Of a DNA stretch of 64,000 nt, positions 38,076 to 51,163 are shown piece after piece; position 1 is the stretch's first letter; every line of letters starts with the position of its first letter. This DNA comes from Epiperipatus broadwayi (lineage: Eukaryota > Animalia > Onychophora), in assembly GCA_028023455.1 (NCBI GenBank), contig JAQFVV010000011.1, forward strand, positions 1,116,001 to 1,180,000. Reading direction: 5' to 3'. A program made the translations under genes and the position numbers. Below the pieces are notes generated by a model. That model had not been told where the DNA came from, made no database searches, and saw only the letters and a list, made by a program, of their open reading frames with translations.

Positions 38076-41000
38076 ACTTGTATTTAAAATTTTTTTTATT
38101 GTAAGTAAAAGTTTTTAATAAAAAGCATTATCTTTAACAATGCAGTCTGAAAGTTCTTTTAAAATTCTGGCTTTTGTTGCTTCATTTTCAATATTTAAGA
38201 AAGAGTTCCAAGTTTAATTTTTTAATTACAAGGTAAATCTTTTATAAATGCTAACTGGAATAAATCCTATGGAGACAAACTGGCCATTTATTGTTATTCT
38301 TTTTAGTTGGATAATTTAGTGAAAAGTTATTTATTTTAAAACTTATAAATTAAATATTTAACTGCAAAGTTAGGTGCTTGAAATAATGTCATTTTTAATA
38401 TATAATATATTCTACTCACTAGCTAATATTTGTCCATGAAGTAGATCTGCTTGCACAGCATATACATATATGGCTGCAGTAACTTCATTTGCGCTGCCTG
38501 AATATAATCATGTCTTACTGACTTACTGAAAATATATACTGACTTACTGATATTTTCAGAAAAGGTATATATCAGGCAAATTTTGGCAGTCAGTCAGCCC
38601 CATTCAGTCCCTATAGTTTGATAAACTTCAGGCAGGCAAACAATCTAGTATACAAATATGGGTTATGAACCACGAAAAATCCAACCCTTACTTCCATGTG
38701 AATACAAACTTGACCATCATGACAGTAGTAGCGGATGTTTTGCATTCTATATTTGCTTTTTCTTTATAACGTAATAATGTTCTCTTTTTTTCTATCAAAC
38801 CTGCTTTTTATAGTTTCTGGTGGAATTTGAAAACACAATAACTAAGGTTTTTTTCTTGATTTAAAAAAACAACTTGTTAATAGCTTTTCAATTCTCACTA
38901 ATCAAAATCAATTTCTCTATAAAATTTTGTTAAATACTATAAACAAAATCAGATTGTAGAATTTACAAAGTATATTATAATAGTTTTTATTTATCAAAAA
39001 TAGTTTTAATTAGAAAATATTTTTATTAGGCTTAATGCAATTAAAAATAGATAAAAAAAATTTATAATTACCGGTCTCATCTATTATAACATGAATACAA
39101 GCTTGTTTTAGATTTTTTTTAATTATCAAAATCAGAATTAAATAAACTATTAAATAGACTTTTTTAATGCTTGATTTATAATATAATAATTTATAATAGT
39201 TTTAAATTCTAAAATTATTATTTAATAATCTGTTATTCCCGTGTATATATTTTAAATAAATATCTACAAGAAATTTTGTTTGTGTTAATTTCTAGTTTTC
39301 CTTTCAACTTTATATATATATATACACACACACACTACTATGCTGTTGCATGACATGAACACTATCTTCTCCATATACATGTCTAGTAGTCCTTGCAATT
39401 CAAAACTTAATAATTCTCTGAAAATTTATGCAAATTTATTCAACATTTTAAAAGCATAATTTAAATAAATTAAAATGGTAATTTTCATTGATGAAATTGG
39501 CCTTTTAAATATTTTAAATTATGATTAATAAAGAAATTATTAAAATATAGTATGTTATGTGAAGCTATTCTCATATGAATAGAAAAAAGAATCATCAAAC
39601 TGGGTCTAGTGCAATAATCATACATAGAATTACAAAATAAAAATTTACATAAATACCTTTATATTCACATGCATGCATAAAAATGTAAAAAAAAAAAATT
39701 TAGTTGCTTTCATGATATTTTTGATATGTAACCAAAAATAAGAATGTGGAAGATAAAAAGTACATTTTTTTCAGTTCCCCTGTTTTGTTATTACGAGATA
39801 AAAATAAAAGTATGGGGCATTGAAAACCCATGTTTTTGTTTTTGGCTGTATTATATCAAGAATATGAAAGTTGAAGAAAATTTACTTTTTATTTTTTTCA
39901 TGCATTTATATGAATAGGATTTCTTTAATTTTTCATTTATTTTTTGAATTGGTTTTTGTAAATTCCACCTGATTAGATATTCTGTTTGTAATAACCTCAT
40001 CAGAAAAATTGTAAAACAATAAAATAAATATTAGAAAACAATCTTTTTTTTTAAATTACTGAAATTCTTATGGAATACATAATTTTTTCAAAAACAATTG
40101 TTTTAATAAAAATATTTTGTGATTGAGCATGTAAACATGCATGAAATGCAGCAATGGCTGATTTTTTAAAATTTGCTTTAGTTCTAATTATTTTACATAT
40201 GACTACCATTCAATTTGTCCTGCATAAACAAGATGCTACAAAAGTTAGTAACTCATTTGAAATAACATCTTTGGGTTATAAAAAGGCAGTCATTTATGCA
40301 ATACCATTTTCTATATTTAATGGCAAAAGGATTTTCAGCATTAAAACTTAGTTTACACTTTTTTTACCATGTGACATATCATCATCATCCATTGCAAGAA
40401 AGTTTCTTCAAGTTTAATCCAATTTTTTTAAAATCCATAACCTCTTTTCTCCACATCACACAAGCAAACTTCCCTATTTTATCTATCCAACCCATATGTT
40501 TTTAAATCTTTAAACATTTCTTGGAATCCAATTTAAAATTTTAGCTGTTTATCTATTATCATCTCTTCTAGCAATATGACCAGCCTAGCTATATTTTAGT
40601 TCCTTAATTATTTTAACAGTGTTAGTGATATTTATTTGTCTTCTCACTAATGTATTTCATTTTTGATCTCTTCTTGTTACTGCTAACATACAATATTCTA
40701 CTTTTTGTTGAGTATTTATGTGTCCAAATTTCATATCCAAAGTAAGAACTAGTAAAACACATTTATTAAAAATCTTCCTTTTCTAACACATGGGTACCTT
40801 TCCTTTCAATACTAAGGTATTTCTACTAAAAGCACCCCAATCAAGTTTAATTTTATGATTAATTTCATCCATTATGTTTCCATCTGTATCAATAATCTGA
40901 CAAAGGGTATTTGTAGTCTTGTTAATTTCTTCTAACTTATTATTATGAATCTTTATTTGCAATCTTGTGAGAAAATCCATTGAACACTACTTTAGTTTCT

Positions 41001-41795
41001 TTAGCACTTACTTTCAGTTCTATGTTCTTATTTTTATTTGATAACTCTTGTGGCTTTTCATCAAGATCTGAAGCTTTATTTGTAAAAGCATTTACATTAT
41101 CAGTAAAATCTAGATTAGTTAAATAATCTCCATTTGTTTTTACTCATTTAGCTTCTCATTTTAGTCCACAAAATACTCTTTGCAAAACTGCTGTAAAAAG
41201 TTTTGTAGATAGGAAGTCACCCTGTTGTATAACTTTCTCAATGTTAGTTTTCATAGTATTAGCATGTAATGCAATTACTGCTGTTGCATTTTTACAAATA
41301 TTGCTCACAATATGATAATATCTTGGATCTATATTTTGATGATCCAATGCTTCAGTCACTGTAAAAATGCTTATAGAATCAAATTTCATAATTTACAAAT
41401 CCAATGTATAATGACAACTCACATTCATTGGTCCTTTCTATAACTACTTTTAATATTTGGATATGATCCACCATGCTAAAACTTTTAAATGTAGTTTGTC
41501 CTTTTCATTGACTAAAATCTAAAGTTGATTATAAATGAATTGCAATTAATTTGGTGAAGACTTTGTCCTGAACGGATAAAAGACTGATAAGTCAGTAATT
41601 TCTAATATATTCTTTATCCTTTTTTTCTATATCAATATTAATACTGCATTCATCCAATCACCTGGTACATCTTTATGATTTAGACATTTGGTACATAGTT
41701 TTGCCAATAAATTTTGTAATTTTTTCACCTGCTTTTTTTTCAGATATTAATAATGAATTCATTTCCTGGAACTTTTTCCTTTGTCATAGATTTAA

Positions 41796-42004
41796 CAAAA
41801 CAGGAAAAACTCTCCATATGTATTGCCACTCTGTGCAAGCCAGAGTAATCAATGGATGCCAGAAGGTTTATGCATAAAATCCCTATCATATTCCCAGACT
41901 AGTTTCTGGCTTGTGGCACTGAGTAGCAATAAATATGGAGAATTTCGCCTGTTTTGTTAACAGTTATAAGCAAGCATAGGAAATGGTGATCATGTGATGT
42001 TTAT
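41796..42004. mobile_element. Family B fold-back insertion (ribozyme truncated at the junction)
   Basis: Antisense arm starts aaaacagg, sense arm ends gtgatcatgtgatgttt. Imperfect 14-bp TSD TGTCATAGATTTAA / TATCGTAGATTTAA at 41782-41795 and 42005-42018. Confidence 0.75.
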
Positions 42005-42444
42005 TATCGTAGATTTAATTATACGTTTAACTTCTTCAGCTAAAATGCTGGGTGATTCTGAAAATATAACAATTGTAATGAATAATTTGTTTGTTCTTTA
42101 TTATTACATAATTTTTCATAGAAATTTGTCACACATTTTATAATACCATTCCTCTTTTTAATAGGTTTTTATTCTCATTGCTGAAACACCTTCATTTCAA
42201 TAGCAAGATGTTGTTTTACACTTTTGAGAATGTTTATTATCTTTTAAAGCCTTTCTTGAAAATTCCCAATCATATTTTGAGGTCATTATTAACTCTTTTT
42301 TATACCATTTTACAAATCTCTGGATATTCAATTCTTCTTAATAGTTCAACTGTAAAAAAATTTATATTTCATTTCTATCACAGTAAAAAAATTATTGGTA
42401 AATTGCTATTTTTTTTGTATCAGCTATCTTTCTTGTCATTCTTA

Positions 42445-42728
42445 CACAGAGGCCAAACTCTCCATACAGTAGCACCACTCAGTGCAAGCAGATTAATCAA
42501 GGGTTGCAGGGGGGATGTGTGCATAAAATCCTTATCTAGTGCCTACTCATACAATATCCTCAGACTAGTTTTTAGCTTGTGGCTTTCATCAGTGATGAAC
42601 CTTGGACCTGAGAGCACTGCACCTAAATCTCTGGTTTGCACTGAATGGTGCTATTGCATGTAGAGTTTTGCCTCTGTGTAAACAGCTTGTGTAAGCATAA
42701 ATAATGATGATTGTGATGTTTAGTGATT
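42445..42728. mobile_element. Family B fold-back insertion with G12-mutated hammerhead (minus)
   Basis: Minus strand CUGAUGA AAGC CACAA GCUA AAAA CUAG UC UGAGGA (core 42586-42592). TSD TTTCTTGTCATTCTTA / TTTCTTGCGATTCTTA at 42429-42444 and 42729-42744. Confidence 0.8.
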
Positions 42729-44966
42729 TTTCTTGCGATTCTTAATAGAATAATACTTACCTCATTGATTTTAATTATGTCTTTAAAACAATTTGAAAGT
42801 TCTTATTTAAATTCCTCATGTTTCTGAAGGTTAGGAATATTAACTGTTAATAATTTCTTTCTTAATAGTTTTGTCTATCTAGTTTTGTTCTAGCATGTAT
42901 CTCATGTCTTATTAATTGGAGAATCATTTTCTGGATTAACTTATTAAAGACATTAAAACCTTTAAGTATATACTTTGTGTTAGTCAAAATATATTCCATT
43001 TCTAGTGGACCTTCAAGAATGCTTCTATGTCTATTTTTATTTAACTTTTTTTTTTAAAGAAAGAATTCATCATACATAGTTTTTATTTATTTTTGTTACC
43101 CACAGTACTTTCAACTTCCAATCATTTGCTAATTCAAGCATTTAAATTTTTCCATAATAATTTTAAAATGTTGTTTGGTCTGATCAAAAGCATTTTGTAG
43201 AACCACTAAAAAATCCTCTATTTCATCATCACAATAAGACTTTGTTGGCACATAAACCTGAATTATCTGCATTTGGTATCTTTTATTAATTAAAATAACT
43301 AATGTGACCACTCTGTCTGATATACTATCATAAATATTGTTCTTTCATTTACTTTTATAATGAATCCTAAGCTTGTGTTTTCATAGCAAAATACATTTAT
43401 TAAATCATCTCTTTAACTTTTCTTTTATCTTCACATAGCCTAACAATGTTCCATTTAAAATTAGACAATTGTTGGTACCTAACTAAAAGATTGTCATCAA
43501 ATGGCAGTCTGGAAACTGCAATTAGCAGTTTTTTAATGTTTTTTGGCACCGATAAGCAGCCAGTAACTTTGCATTTTCCTGGGATATTAACCATAATTTG
43601 TTTTTGTCTGTCATAATTGTAACTATCTATTTTGATCACACAAACATTTATTCTGTTTTCAAAAAAACTCAATTGAAACTCAAAATAAGAACTACTAGGT
43701 AATTTAGAAAAAAGATTATTATGTTTCTTAATCTTAAATTCAGAGATAAAAAGCTAATAAATTCCTTATGCTGGCTATTGAATATTAGCTATTCATGTTT
43801 ATTTACTATTTGAATAAACCAAAATAATAACAATTGCAAAGGACAATAATGTATAAAATGGATATTAAGAATTTGCACCGCTCACTTCCTTAAGATTCCT
43901 TTCTGCAAGCTGATATATAAAACTCCCAAATATATCAGGGATTCTTGCATCACCCTGGAAGATGAGCATTGATTCAAAAAAGTCATTGATGTATCATGCT
44001 ATAAAAATCCTATATTGCTTTCCATCTCCAGAACTTTCAGGTAACAAAAAATAATAATGCAAAATATTAAAATTTTAACTTTTTTTAAAATACCTTAGGA
44101 ACTTTTTGCAATACCTTGTACTTAACACTTTCATGGGCTTAGACGATTCATCAAAGATAAATAACTGTGACAGTAAAAATTGTGAGAGTTATATAATATT
44201 AGCCAATTTTAACAATAATTCATAACAGTTTATCTACATTTGACAAATTCAGATTGTCATGGTAATGAGATAATGATAATGGTTAAGGTAATGGTATTAT
44301 AATGATGATGATAATATTAATTACCAGCTAGCATGGAATTATAGGTAATCAAATCATCTTCCCAAACTTATTTATATTTTAGCCATGAGTAAATACAACT
44401 ATTTAATCTATACCTCTGCTTATTAAGTTACCAGGATATTGCTCTTACATCCCCTATTCCAAACCAATAATTATTTTCAGTAAGTGTCCTGCACAATTCA
44501 GTGATGGTGGTAGAGTGGCAGGTTTGACAACTAAAGGTCTCTATGGATAGCAGCTCAGTATTGGCATTTTCAGTATTAGAAAATCATGTGACTTTCTGTA
44601 AGATAAACAATTCGATTTCTAATATTGCTTGCAGTAAAACTAATTCATATATAAAGCACTCACCAGCTGATAGAATAAAGTACATTTCAGTTATTGAAAT
44701 TGATAGTAATTTACTTAAAGATCCATACGCAAGCAGATTTAAAAGCTTTTAAATTTGCTTACGTAATAAATCATATACATAAATCACAAAACTTATCACA
44801 AAAAGGAAAGAATTAAGTGACAAACTACAATTTTTCAAAGCATAATAAATTAAATGACAGATTAGTAAAAACTTCTTTTAAAATTGCTTTATTAATTGTT
44901 AAAAAAAATAAAACCTTAGATAAATAATGAAGATTTCATTTTATCAACAGCAATAAATATTTGAGA

Positions 44967-45565
44967 AAGTTGACAATGGTAAAAATGAATATGTAACAAT
45001 TTACTCTAGATAAATACTTTTCATATAATAAAGATATATATGAGGGATAGTGACCTGGGACAACTGATGAGTGCTGGTTCAGCACGAAATGTATCTTGGG
45101 GGGCATTTGTCTTTTATTTAAGTGAATTTAAAAAGAATGGGGAAGTATGGAGGTGTTTATTATATCTATAAGACATTACGCACGGGAAAGAGAAAGGTTA
45201 ATAACTCAGTGTGTATAAAATATATAGAAAATCAGATATATTAATCTTTAACTGGGTTTAAAGTTTATATCTGTGCTAGAGATAATATCTGGTTTCGATA
45301 ATGATTAGTAATAATCACTGTATTTATCTGAAATGGATGGCATCAAAGTTGTGAGTGGAGGAAGTTGGACAAAGGTAAATGAATATGTAATAATTTACTC
45401 TAGATAAGTATTTTTCATATAATAAAGACATATATGAGGAATAGTGGCCTGGGCCAATTGATGACTGCTGGTTTAGCACAAAATGCAGTTTAGGAGTCAT
45501 TTGTCTTTTATTATGTCTTTATTTAAGTGAAATGGTGAAGTATGGAGGTGTTTATTATATCTGCC
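44967..45565 (+). repeat. Family A head-to-tail repeat (394-nt unit, two hammerheads) inserted in the hAT remnant
   Basis: 44967-45160 is repeated at ~45367-45560. Hammerhead 1 has core 45064-45070 and cleavage site 45095. Hammerhead 2 (degenerate) has core 45458-45464 and equivalent site 45489. Confidence 0.85.
45051..45106 (+). ncRNA. Type I hammerhead ribozyme, best family A copy
   Basis: ACAA CUGAUGA GUGCUG GUU CAGCAC GAAA UGUA UC^UUGG. All core nucleotides present, perfect 6-bp helix II with G10.1-C11.1, AUC triplet. Upper helix I has a mismatch. Confidence 0.85.
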
Positions 45566-47354
45566 GAAATTTCAAAACCTTTTTAAAAATTCCTGTGTCC
45601 ATTGATATAATTAAAAGAAGAATGGATAACATTGCTGACAATTTGAAGAGTCAACTGATAATAGGGAAGATGCTATTTTAATGATTTTTATCAGATACCT
45701 GTACAATGTGCAAATTCATGAAGTCTTGCACTTTGCTAGAAATTTCTTCAGCAGAACGAAAGGAAAGAATATATTTGAAAAGTTGAATAACTTTTTATAT
45801 ATAAAAAATGAGTTTGAATGGCAAAAGTGCATTGGGGTTTGCATAAATGGAATTGCAGTTATAACTGGCAGAATTTCTGGACTTATTAAAATTGAAAAAT
45901 CTTTGCCCAAATTAATACATGTTCATGGCATTATCCACAAAAAAATCTAATATTTCTGCATGTGAAAGAATCGTTTAGTAAAGACTTATCAGAAGTTTCC
46001 ACAATAGTTAATTACATAAAAGATAATGCCATCAATAGTGGTCACTTGTAATGCCACTAATAGTGGTCCTTTTCAAATTTTGTGCTAAGAAATGGACTCC
46101 AACATCGAATCTTTTTTACATCACACAGAAATAAAAGACTATTTTGCAGAAAAGTTCTAAAAAGAAATTTAATATTAAAAGATGAATTACAAATGCTTCT
46201 TTTTGGTAAAAATTCCACATTAACATTTCATTTTTTTGATCAAAACTGGATATGTTTGCATTTTTACCTTTTTTTTCGAAAAAGTAAATGAATTGAATCT
46301 TTCTCTTAAAGGAAAAAGTGTAACAAAAAATTGCAAACATCTTAAAGTAAATGTTCTGTGTGGTTAAAAACTAATGGTAATGCAGAGATATTTGTTTCTT
46401 TCCATGAATTATCAAATTCGGTGATTTTAAAAAAAATATTTTTCTTAATTAAAAATAAAAAAAATATGATTGGATAAAAGTTTCATTACAATTTAGCAAC
46501 CTCTTGTCGTTATCTCAAGAAGTATATTAACTTAAGAGCAAATTCAACTCTTGAATCATAAGAATTTATCAGAATTTTGAAGTCGGTGATAAAACATTGC
46601 CTTAAATATTCTGGTTTGGTTTATATCAACATATCTTTGTGAAACTGCATTTCCATTGCTATAACTAATTAGAAATATGCATGGATCTTGCTTTTCAATG
46701 GAAATATTGGAGGAAAATCCAAATATTGCTGCAGCATATATTTCATGTGATATTGGTTATTTGTGTAGTAATATCCAAACACACCCATGACATTAAATTG
46801 CTATTAAAATATTTTTTGTTGTATTATTCAATTTTTGTTATAATTATTATCGAGTTTTGTTTTTCATATTTCATAATCCTTGTAATATTTGTAATCTTTT
46901 AAGTATTTTGCATTATAATGTGAATATAAATAATAAAATTGTTTAAATAAACTAAATATATTTACTATAAAATTATATAACAACAATGTATGCCTTTATT
47001 AGGAATTTTTTCTTTTGGGACTAGGAGGGTTTCTAGATATTCCAAGGAAGTCTTTATATCCCTGAGTTTGAAAAGGAATGCTGGAATATATATAGTTTTT
47101 ATCAGTACATCTTATTCTGACCATTTACTTACTAGTCCAGAAAATGTGAGCCATTCTCTTTCACCAGGGATACCTTTCATGAACAATATTTACTCTTTAG
47201 ATGATCTAGATGTATAAAATACCTGAATCTCAATATCAACACATATTTTACTATACCCCTCTCATTCAAGATAGAGACTGGTGTTTATTCATTTTCAAAA
47301 ACTCATGCAAAGATGAAAAATCAGAGCACTGCGGCCATATATTTCTGGGCTTTT

Positions 47355-47625
47355 TTGGCTTTATAGCTCAGTTGTCTAGAACCTTATCTTAGATTCAATA
47401 TTCTTAGATTCAATATTCAGAATCTAAAGGTGCAAGTTTGATTCGCATACTAGTACTATTACTGATCAGGCTAGCAACATCTGAAAAAGAGAGATGAATA
47501 TCTCGAAAACATTATGTTATATACTAACCTGTGTACTATTATTAACAGTTGAAGGTATTTGGAAAGGTTAAATGAAGTTAGAATTTCTCTAAAGACGTTC
47601 GATGTTTAATATTAAATAATGGAAA
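47355..47625 (+). mobile_element. tRNA-headed SINE with hammerhead-like tail (family C)
   Basis: A-box TAGCTCAGTTG, B-box-like GTTTGATTC, then AACAT CTGAAAA A GAGA GA TGAATA TCTC GAAA ACATTA TGTT. The downstream tail matches 51060-51160. Confidence 0.55.
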
Positions 47626-48240
47626 TAGTTCAATATATAATTAATATGACTAACACTCGTATATAAATTTTCAAAATAAGAGACTATGAAGAGACAAAAT
47701 AAATTATATAAACCCTATTTTGTGTAATTATTAAGGTATTAAGAAATGAAATATATTTATATTATAAAAATAGTCATATATTACATTATAAACAAGCAGC
47801 TATATTAAAAATAGATGTATAAGATTTATAATTGACAAACTTTATTTTCACAGTGAATATATTATCAAAGCAATCAGTGAATTTTTATATATTACTGTAT
47901 TTTAGAACCATCAATGTAAGCATAAATAATTAATTGATCCCATATATGGCAAAGTTATGGGTAATGGCCTTCATCAATTAAAAAAACATTGGATTGCATA
48001 TTACTATCAAGTAGCCAAATTCACTTTATTTTGTAGCATCATGAAAGTTTTTATATTCTATGATATTGTATCCAAACTAATTTATTCATCTAACAATATA
48101 GATATAACATGAGATCAGTGTTAAAAAAGGATAAAAGAAAATTGTTAAATGAATATGTGAAATCCAGTGATTGGCATCCATCTGGTATTACTTTTGATAT
48201 CCATTGACTACTTATGTTTCTAGATATTAAAAATATTCTA

Positions 48241-48600
48241 GATCATCATCATCATTTTCAATCATTATCAATCCACTGCAAGATGGTCTATCCAAGTTAA
48301 ATTCTTCTTCTATGATCTCTAGTATCTACACATTATTCCACACACTTCCTTATTTCAACCCTTCATCTCACATGTGCTCTCTTTTTAAATCTTTTACAAT
48401 CTCTTGAAATCCATTCAATATTTCAATTGCCCATCTATTATCATCTCTTTTAGCAATATGTCCAGCCTAATTCCTCTTTGGTCTTTTAACACTTTCAACA
48501 ATATCAGTAACACCTGTTGTTCTCATACCTATGTATTTCATTTTCAATCTGTTCTTGTTATTCCTAACATGCATCTCTCCATACTTCTTTGAGTGATCTG
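48241..48600 (-). mobile_element. 5'-truncated RTE LINE 3' fragment
   Basis: Same family as 12570 and the 3' end at 40378: GHIAKRDDNRWAIEI... with a (GAT)n tail at ~48241-48255. Confidence 0.75.
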
Positions 48601-48859
48601 AAGTCTCTGTATCACTCTTCTGTTAAGGGTACAAGTCTCAGATCCATAAGGTAATATTTGCATTACTCAAAATGAAGAGTGAATTATTATTACTGATAGT
48701 ACAATGCTAAATTTAAGGTACGAAAGTCATGCGATGGTGTAATTTTAGTGCACACCATTCTTTTGGATAAAAGATTTACAAATGCAATAATAGTATCACA
48801 TGATTTTTCCAGATGCTCACATATGTTTCCAAGAGTATATGAATAAACATATGAGAAAG

Positions 48860-49656
48860 TTAAAATAGGCAAAACTCTCCATACAGTAGTGCCACTCAGT
48901 GCAAGCCAGAATAATCAATGGATGCAAAAAGCTTTGTGCATAAAATACCTATCTAATGCTTATTCATTCAATATTCCCATACTAGTTTCAAGCTTGTGGC
49001 TTTCATCAGTGAAAAGCATTGGATCTGATAACACTGCACTTAGATCTTAGAATCTAATGCAACCCTCCAGCAGCCACCTTTTATCTCTACTTAACTACAA
49101 AACTATTAGTCTAAAATTGAAAACAATATTTTTAATCCAAGCTCATTAGCTTATATAGTCATATAAGTCTGAACTCAGTTCAATGCCCATACATTTTGGT
49201 GCCTTTTGTTCTTTAATAACCACAGCCACCATTATCTTATTAGGCAGGATTAGTGTTAAACCACTAAGCATTACATGATCACCATTTCTTATGCTCGCTC
49301 AAGTTGTTAAAACAGGCAAAATTCTCCATACACCCAGTGCAACAGAATAATCAATGAAATGCAAGAGGTTTGTGCATAAAATTACTATCTAGTGCTTACT
49401 TATCCAGTATCTCCAGACTTGTTTCTAGCTTGTGGCTTTCATCAGCGCAGAGCATCAGTGAGGAGCACAGATGAAAACCACATGCTAGGAACTAGTCTGA
49501 GGATATTGGATGAGTAGGCACTAGATAAGGATTTTATGCATGAGATTTTATGCACAATCTTCTTGCATCTATTAATTATTCTGGCTTGCACTGAGTGTAT
49601 GGAGAGTTTTGCCTGTTGTAACAGCTTGAGTGAGCATAAGAAATGGTGATCATGTG
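48860..49656. mobile_element. Family B composite: minus-strand tandem with two hammerheads (436-nt spacing) plus inverted sense arm
   Basis: Cores at 49003-49009 and 49439-49445, predicted cleavage at 48980 (GUA) and 49416 (GUC). Inverted arm 49460-49656. 13-bp TSD ACATATGAGAAAG at 48847-48859 and 49657-49669. Confidence 0.85.
48965..49026 (-). ncRNA. Type I hammerhead ribozyme, best-paired family B copy
   Basis: UUUUCA CUGAUGA AAGC CACAA GCUU GAAA CUAG UA^UGGGAA. Intact core, fully paired 4-bp helix II, palindromic CUAG helix III. Confidence 0.8.
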
Positions 49657-50934
49657 ACATATGAGAAAGGAATGTGATATTATCATTTGTAAAGTCATAT
49701 GACATTATTGTTTGTAATAATCTTCCTAAAGATAAAAGGAATTTACAGTTAGCATGAAATTAAAGTTTCTGCAATATCTATAATCTGACATGGTCTCAGG
49801 TTTATAAAACAATGAAAATAAGTTACATTGAATTCAAAACTGTGAATAATGTATAAAAATTTTCTCCTATATGCATAAGTATATTAGTTCCAGCTTTGAA
49901 TCCTAGTATTCATTGTTCCAAACAAAAACCAGAAAACAATCTGGGGGTAGGAATAGAGTAAAGAGAATGCTGATACTATCATGCAAACACAATTGTTACA
50001 ATATATAAGTATTCTACCTAATATCAGACCTCCATATGTAATATGCAAGTTGGCTTGAATACAAAAAGTTGAAAGTGATGAACTTTTAAACTATTATTAA
50101 AAAAAATTAAAAAATGGCAGTTGAATGAGTGTATGCAATATTATGAGACTCACTGATAAAGAAAAAGAGCCAAAATCTAGTCTGGGTTTCTCGCTAGTAG
50201 TACTATCAGGTGCTTCGGCTATTTATATTTATATAAAAGGCGTTAGAATAATGATATAGAGTTAAATTAAAAATAGGAAAATCATTTGAAATTTTTATTT
50301 TTGGTATTAAAAGAATTGTGAATAATAATTGAAAAATAGAATCTATTGAAATATTCCAGTCCTGGTAGGTTTACTACATTATGAATCTTCAATCTCCATT
50401 TCTCAAGGACTAGAAAAAATAAACACTATATATATATAAAGATGGAACCCATTAAAAATTATGGATTAAAACAATTTAATGCTAATTCAATAAAATAGAA
50501 ATAAAATACAATTCAGGTTTCATAATTCAAAGCATTCACATCTATTGTTTGTATAAAATACAGGCATATATGTATAATTTTAATATCATAGTAATTACTT
50601 TATGTATTAAATCTTTAATTAAAATTTTGCTCCTATTCAAAGAATGTAGTTTATTCTACTTATAGATGATTCAATCTAAAAGCATTATTTGGAAAAAAAA
50701 AGAATGACTGTGGGGGAAAACATTTTAAATAAGATCTTTAAAAGAAACTTGAAAAAGATTATTTTACATATTTTTAATTTATTTATAATTAAAATTTATA
50801 AAAACGTAATTATTGGAATATTATTCAATTTTGAGCTAAGTAATTATATATGTGTGTAAGCGTATATAATCACTATTATTTAATAAAGAATGAATTAAAA
50901 ATAATGTGTCTGTAGTAATTATATTTTGGATTCC

Positions 50935-51149
50935 TGCCATCATCTAGTCTAATTGGTTAAAGTGTCACCTTAAATTCAACAATCACAAATCTAAAAGTCC
51001 AGGTTCGATTTCCATGCTAAAGGCCAACAACACCTGAAGAAGAAAGACGAACACACTCGAAACGTTGTTATATATTAATCCATGTTCTATTATTAACAGT
51101 TGAATGTATTTGTAATTTTAAATAAAGGCTCAATTTTTCTAAAGACATT
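50935..51149 (+). mobile_element. tRNA-headed SINE with hammerhead-like tail (family C)
   Basis: A-box TAGTCTAATTGG, B-box GGTTCGATTTCC (~51002), then CAACAC CTGAAGA AG...CTC GAAAC GTTGTT. Cleavage triplet apparently deleted. Confidence 0.6.
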
Positions 51150-51163
51150 AACATTTAATATTA

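Larger units (their letters stand above)
40378..43620 (-). pseudogene. Near full-length decayed RTE-type LINE (APE endonuclease + RT), interrupted by two family B insertions
   Basis: N-terminus PKNIKKLLIA...KWNIVRLCEDKRK (ORF 43400-43672), IIQVYVPT...DDEIEDF (43129-43311), RT KFDSI...QQGDFLSTKLF (41156-41389), IKLDWGAF (40783-40980) and a 3' (GAT)n tail at ~40378-40390. Confidence 0.85.
44600..46780 (+). pseudogene. Decayed hAT (Buster/Charlie-type) transposase
   Basis: SFKIALLI.KK.K (~44870), KIPVSIDIIKRRMDNIA (~45585), WQKCIGVCINGIAVITGRISGL...HVHGIIHK (ORF 45681-45950) and the dimerisation motif STYLCETAF (~46625). Confidence 0.85.

Noticed and set aside
38685-38750. Minus-strand mini-exon MQNIRYYCHDGQVCIHME|GTAAGG
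   Set aside because: No recognisable homology, no acceptor tract and no partner exon found.
43620-43700. HDV-like ribozyme expected at the RTE 5' end
   Set aside because: No nested double-pseudoknot motif recognisable in the AT-rich upstream sequence.
46990-47350. Short ORFs or a possible viral fragment
   Set aside because: No motif I can identify. It needs a database search.
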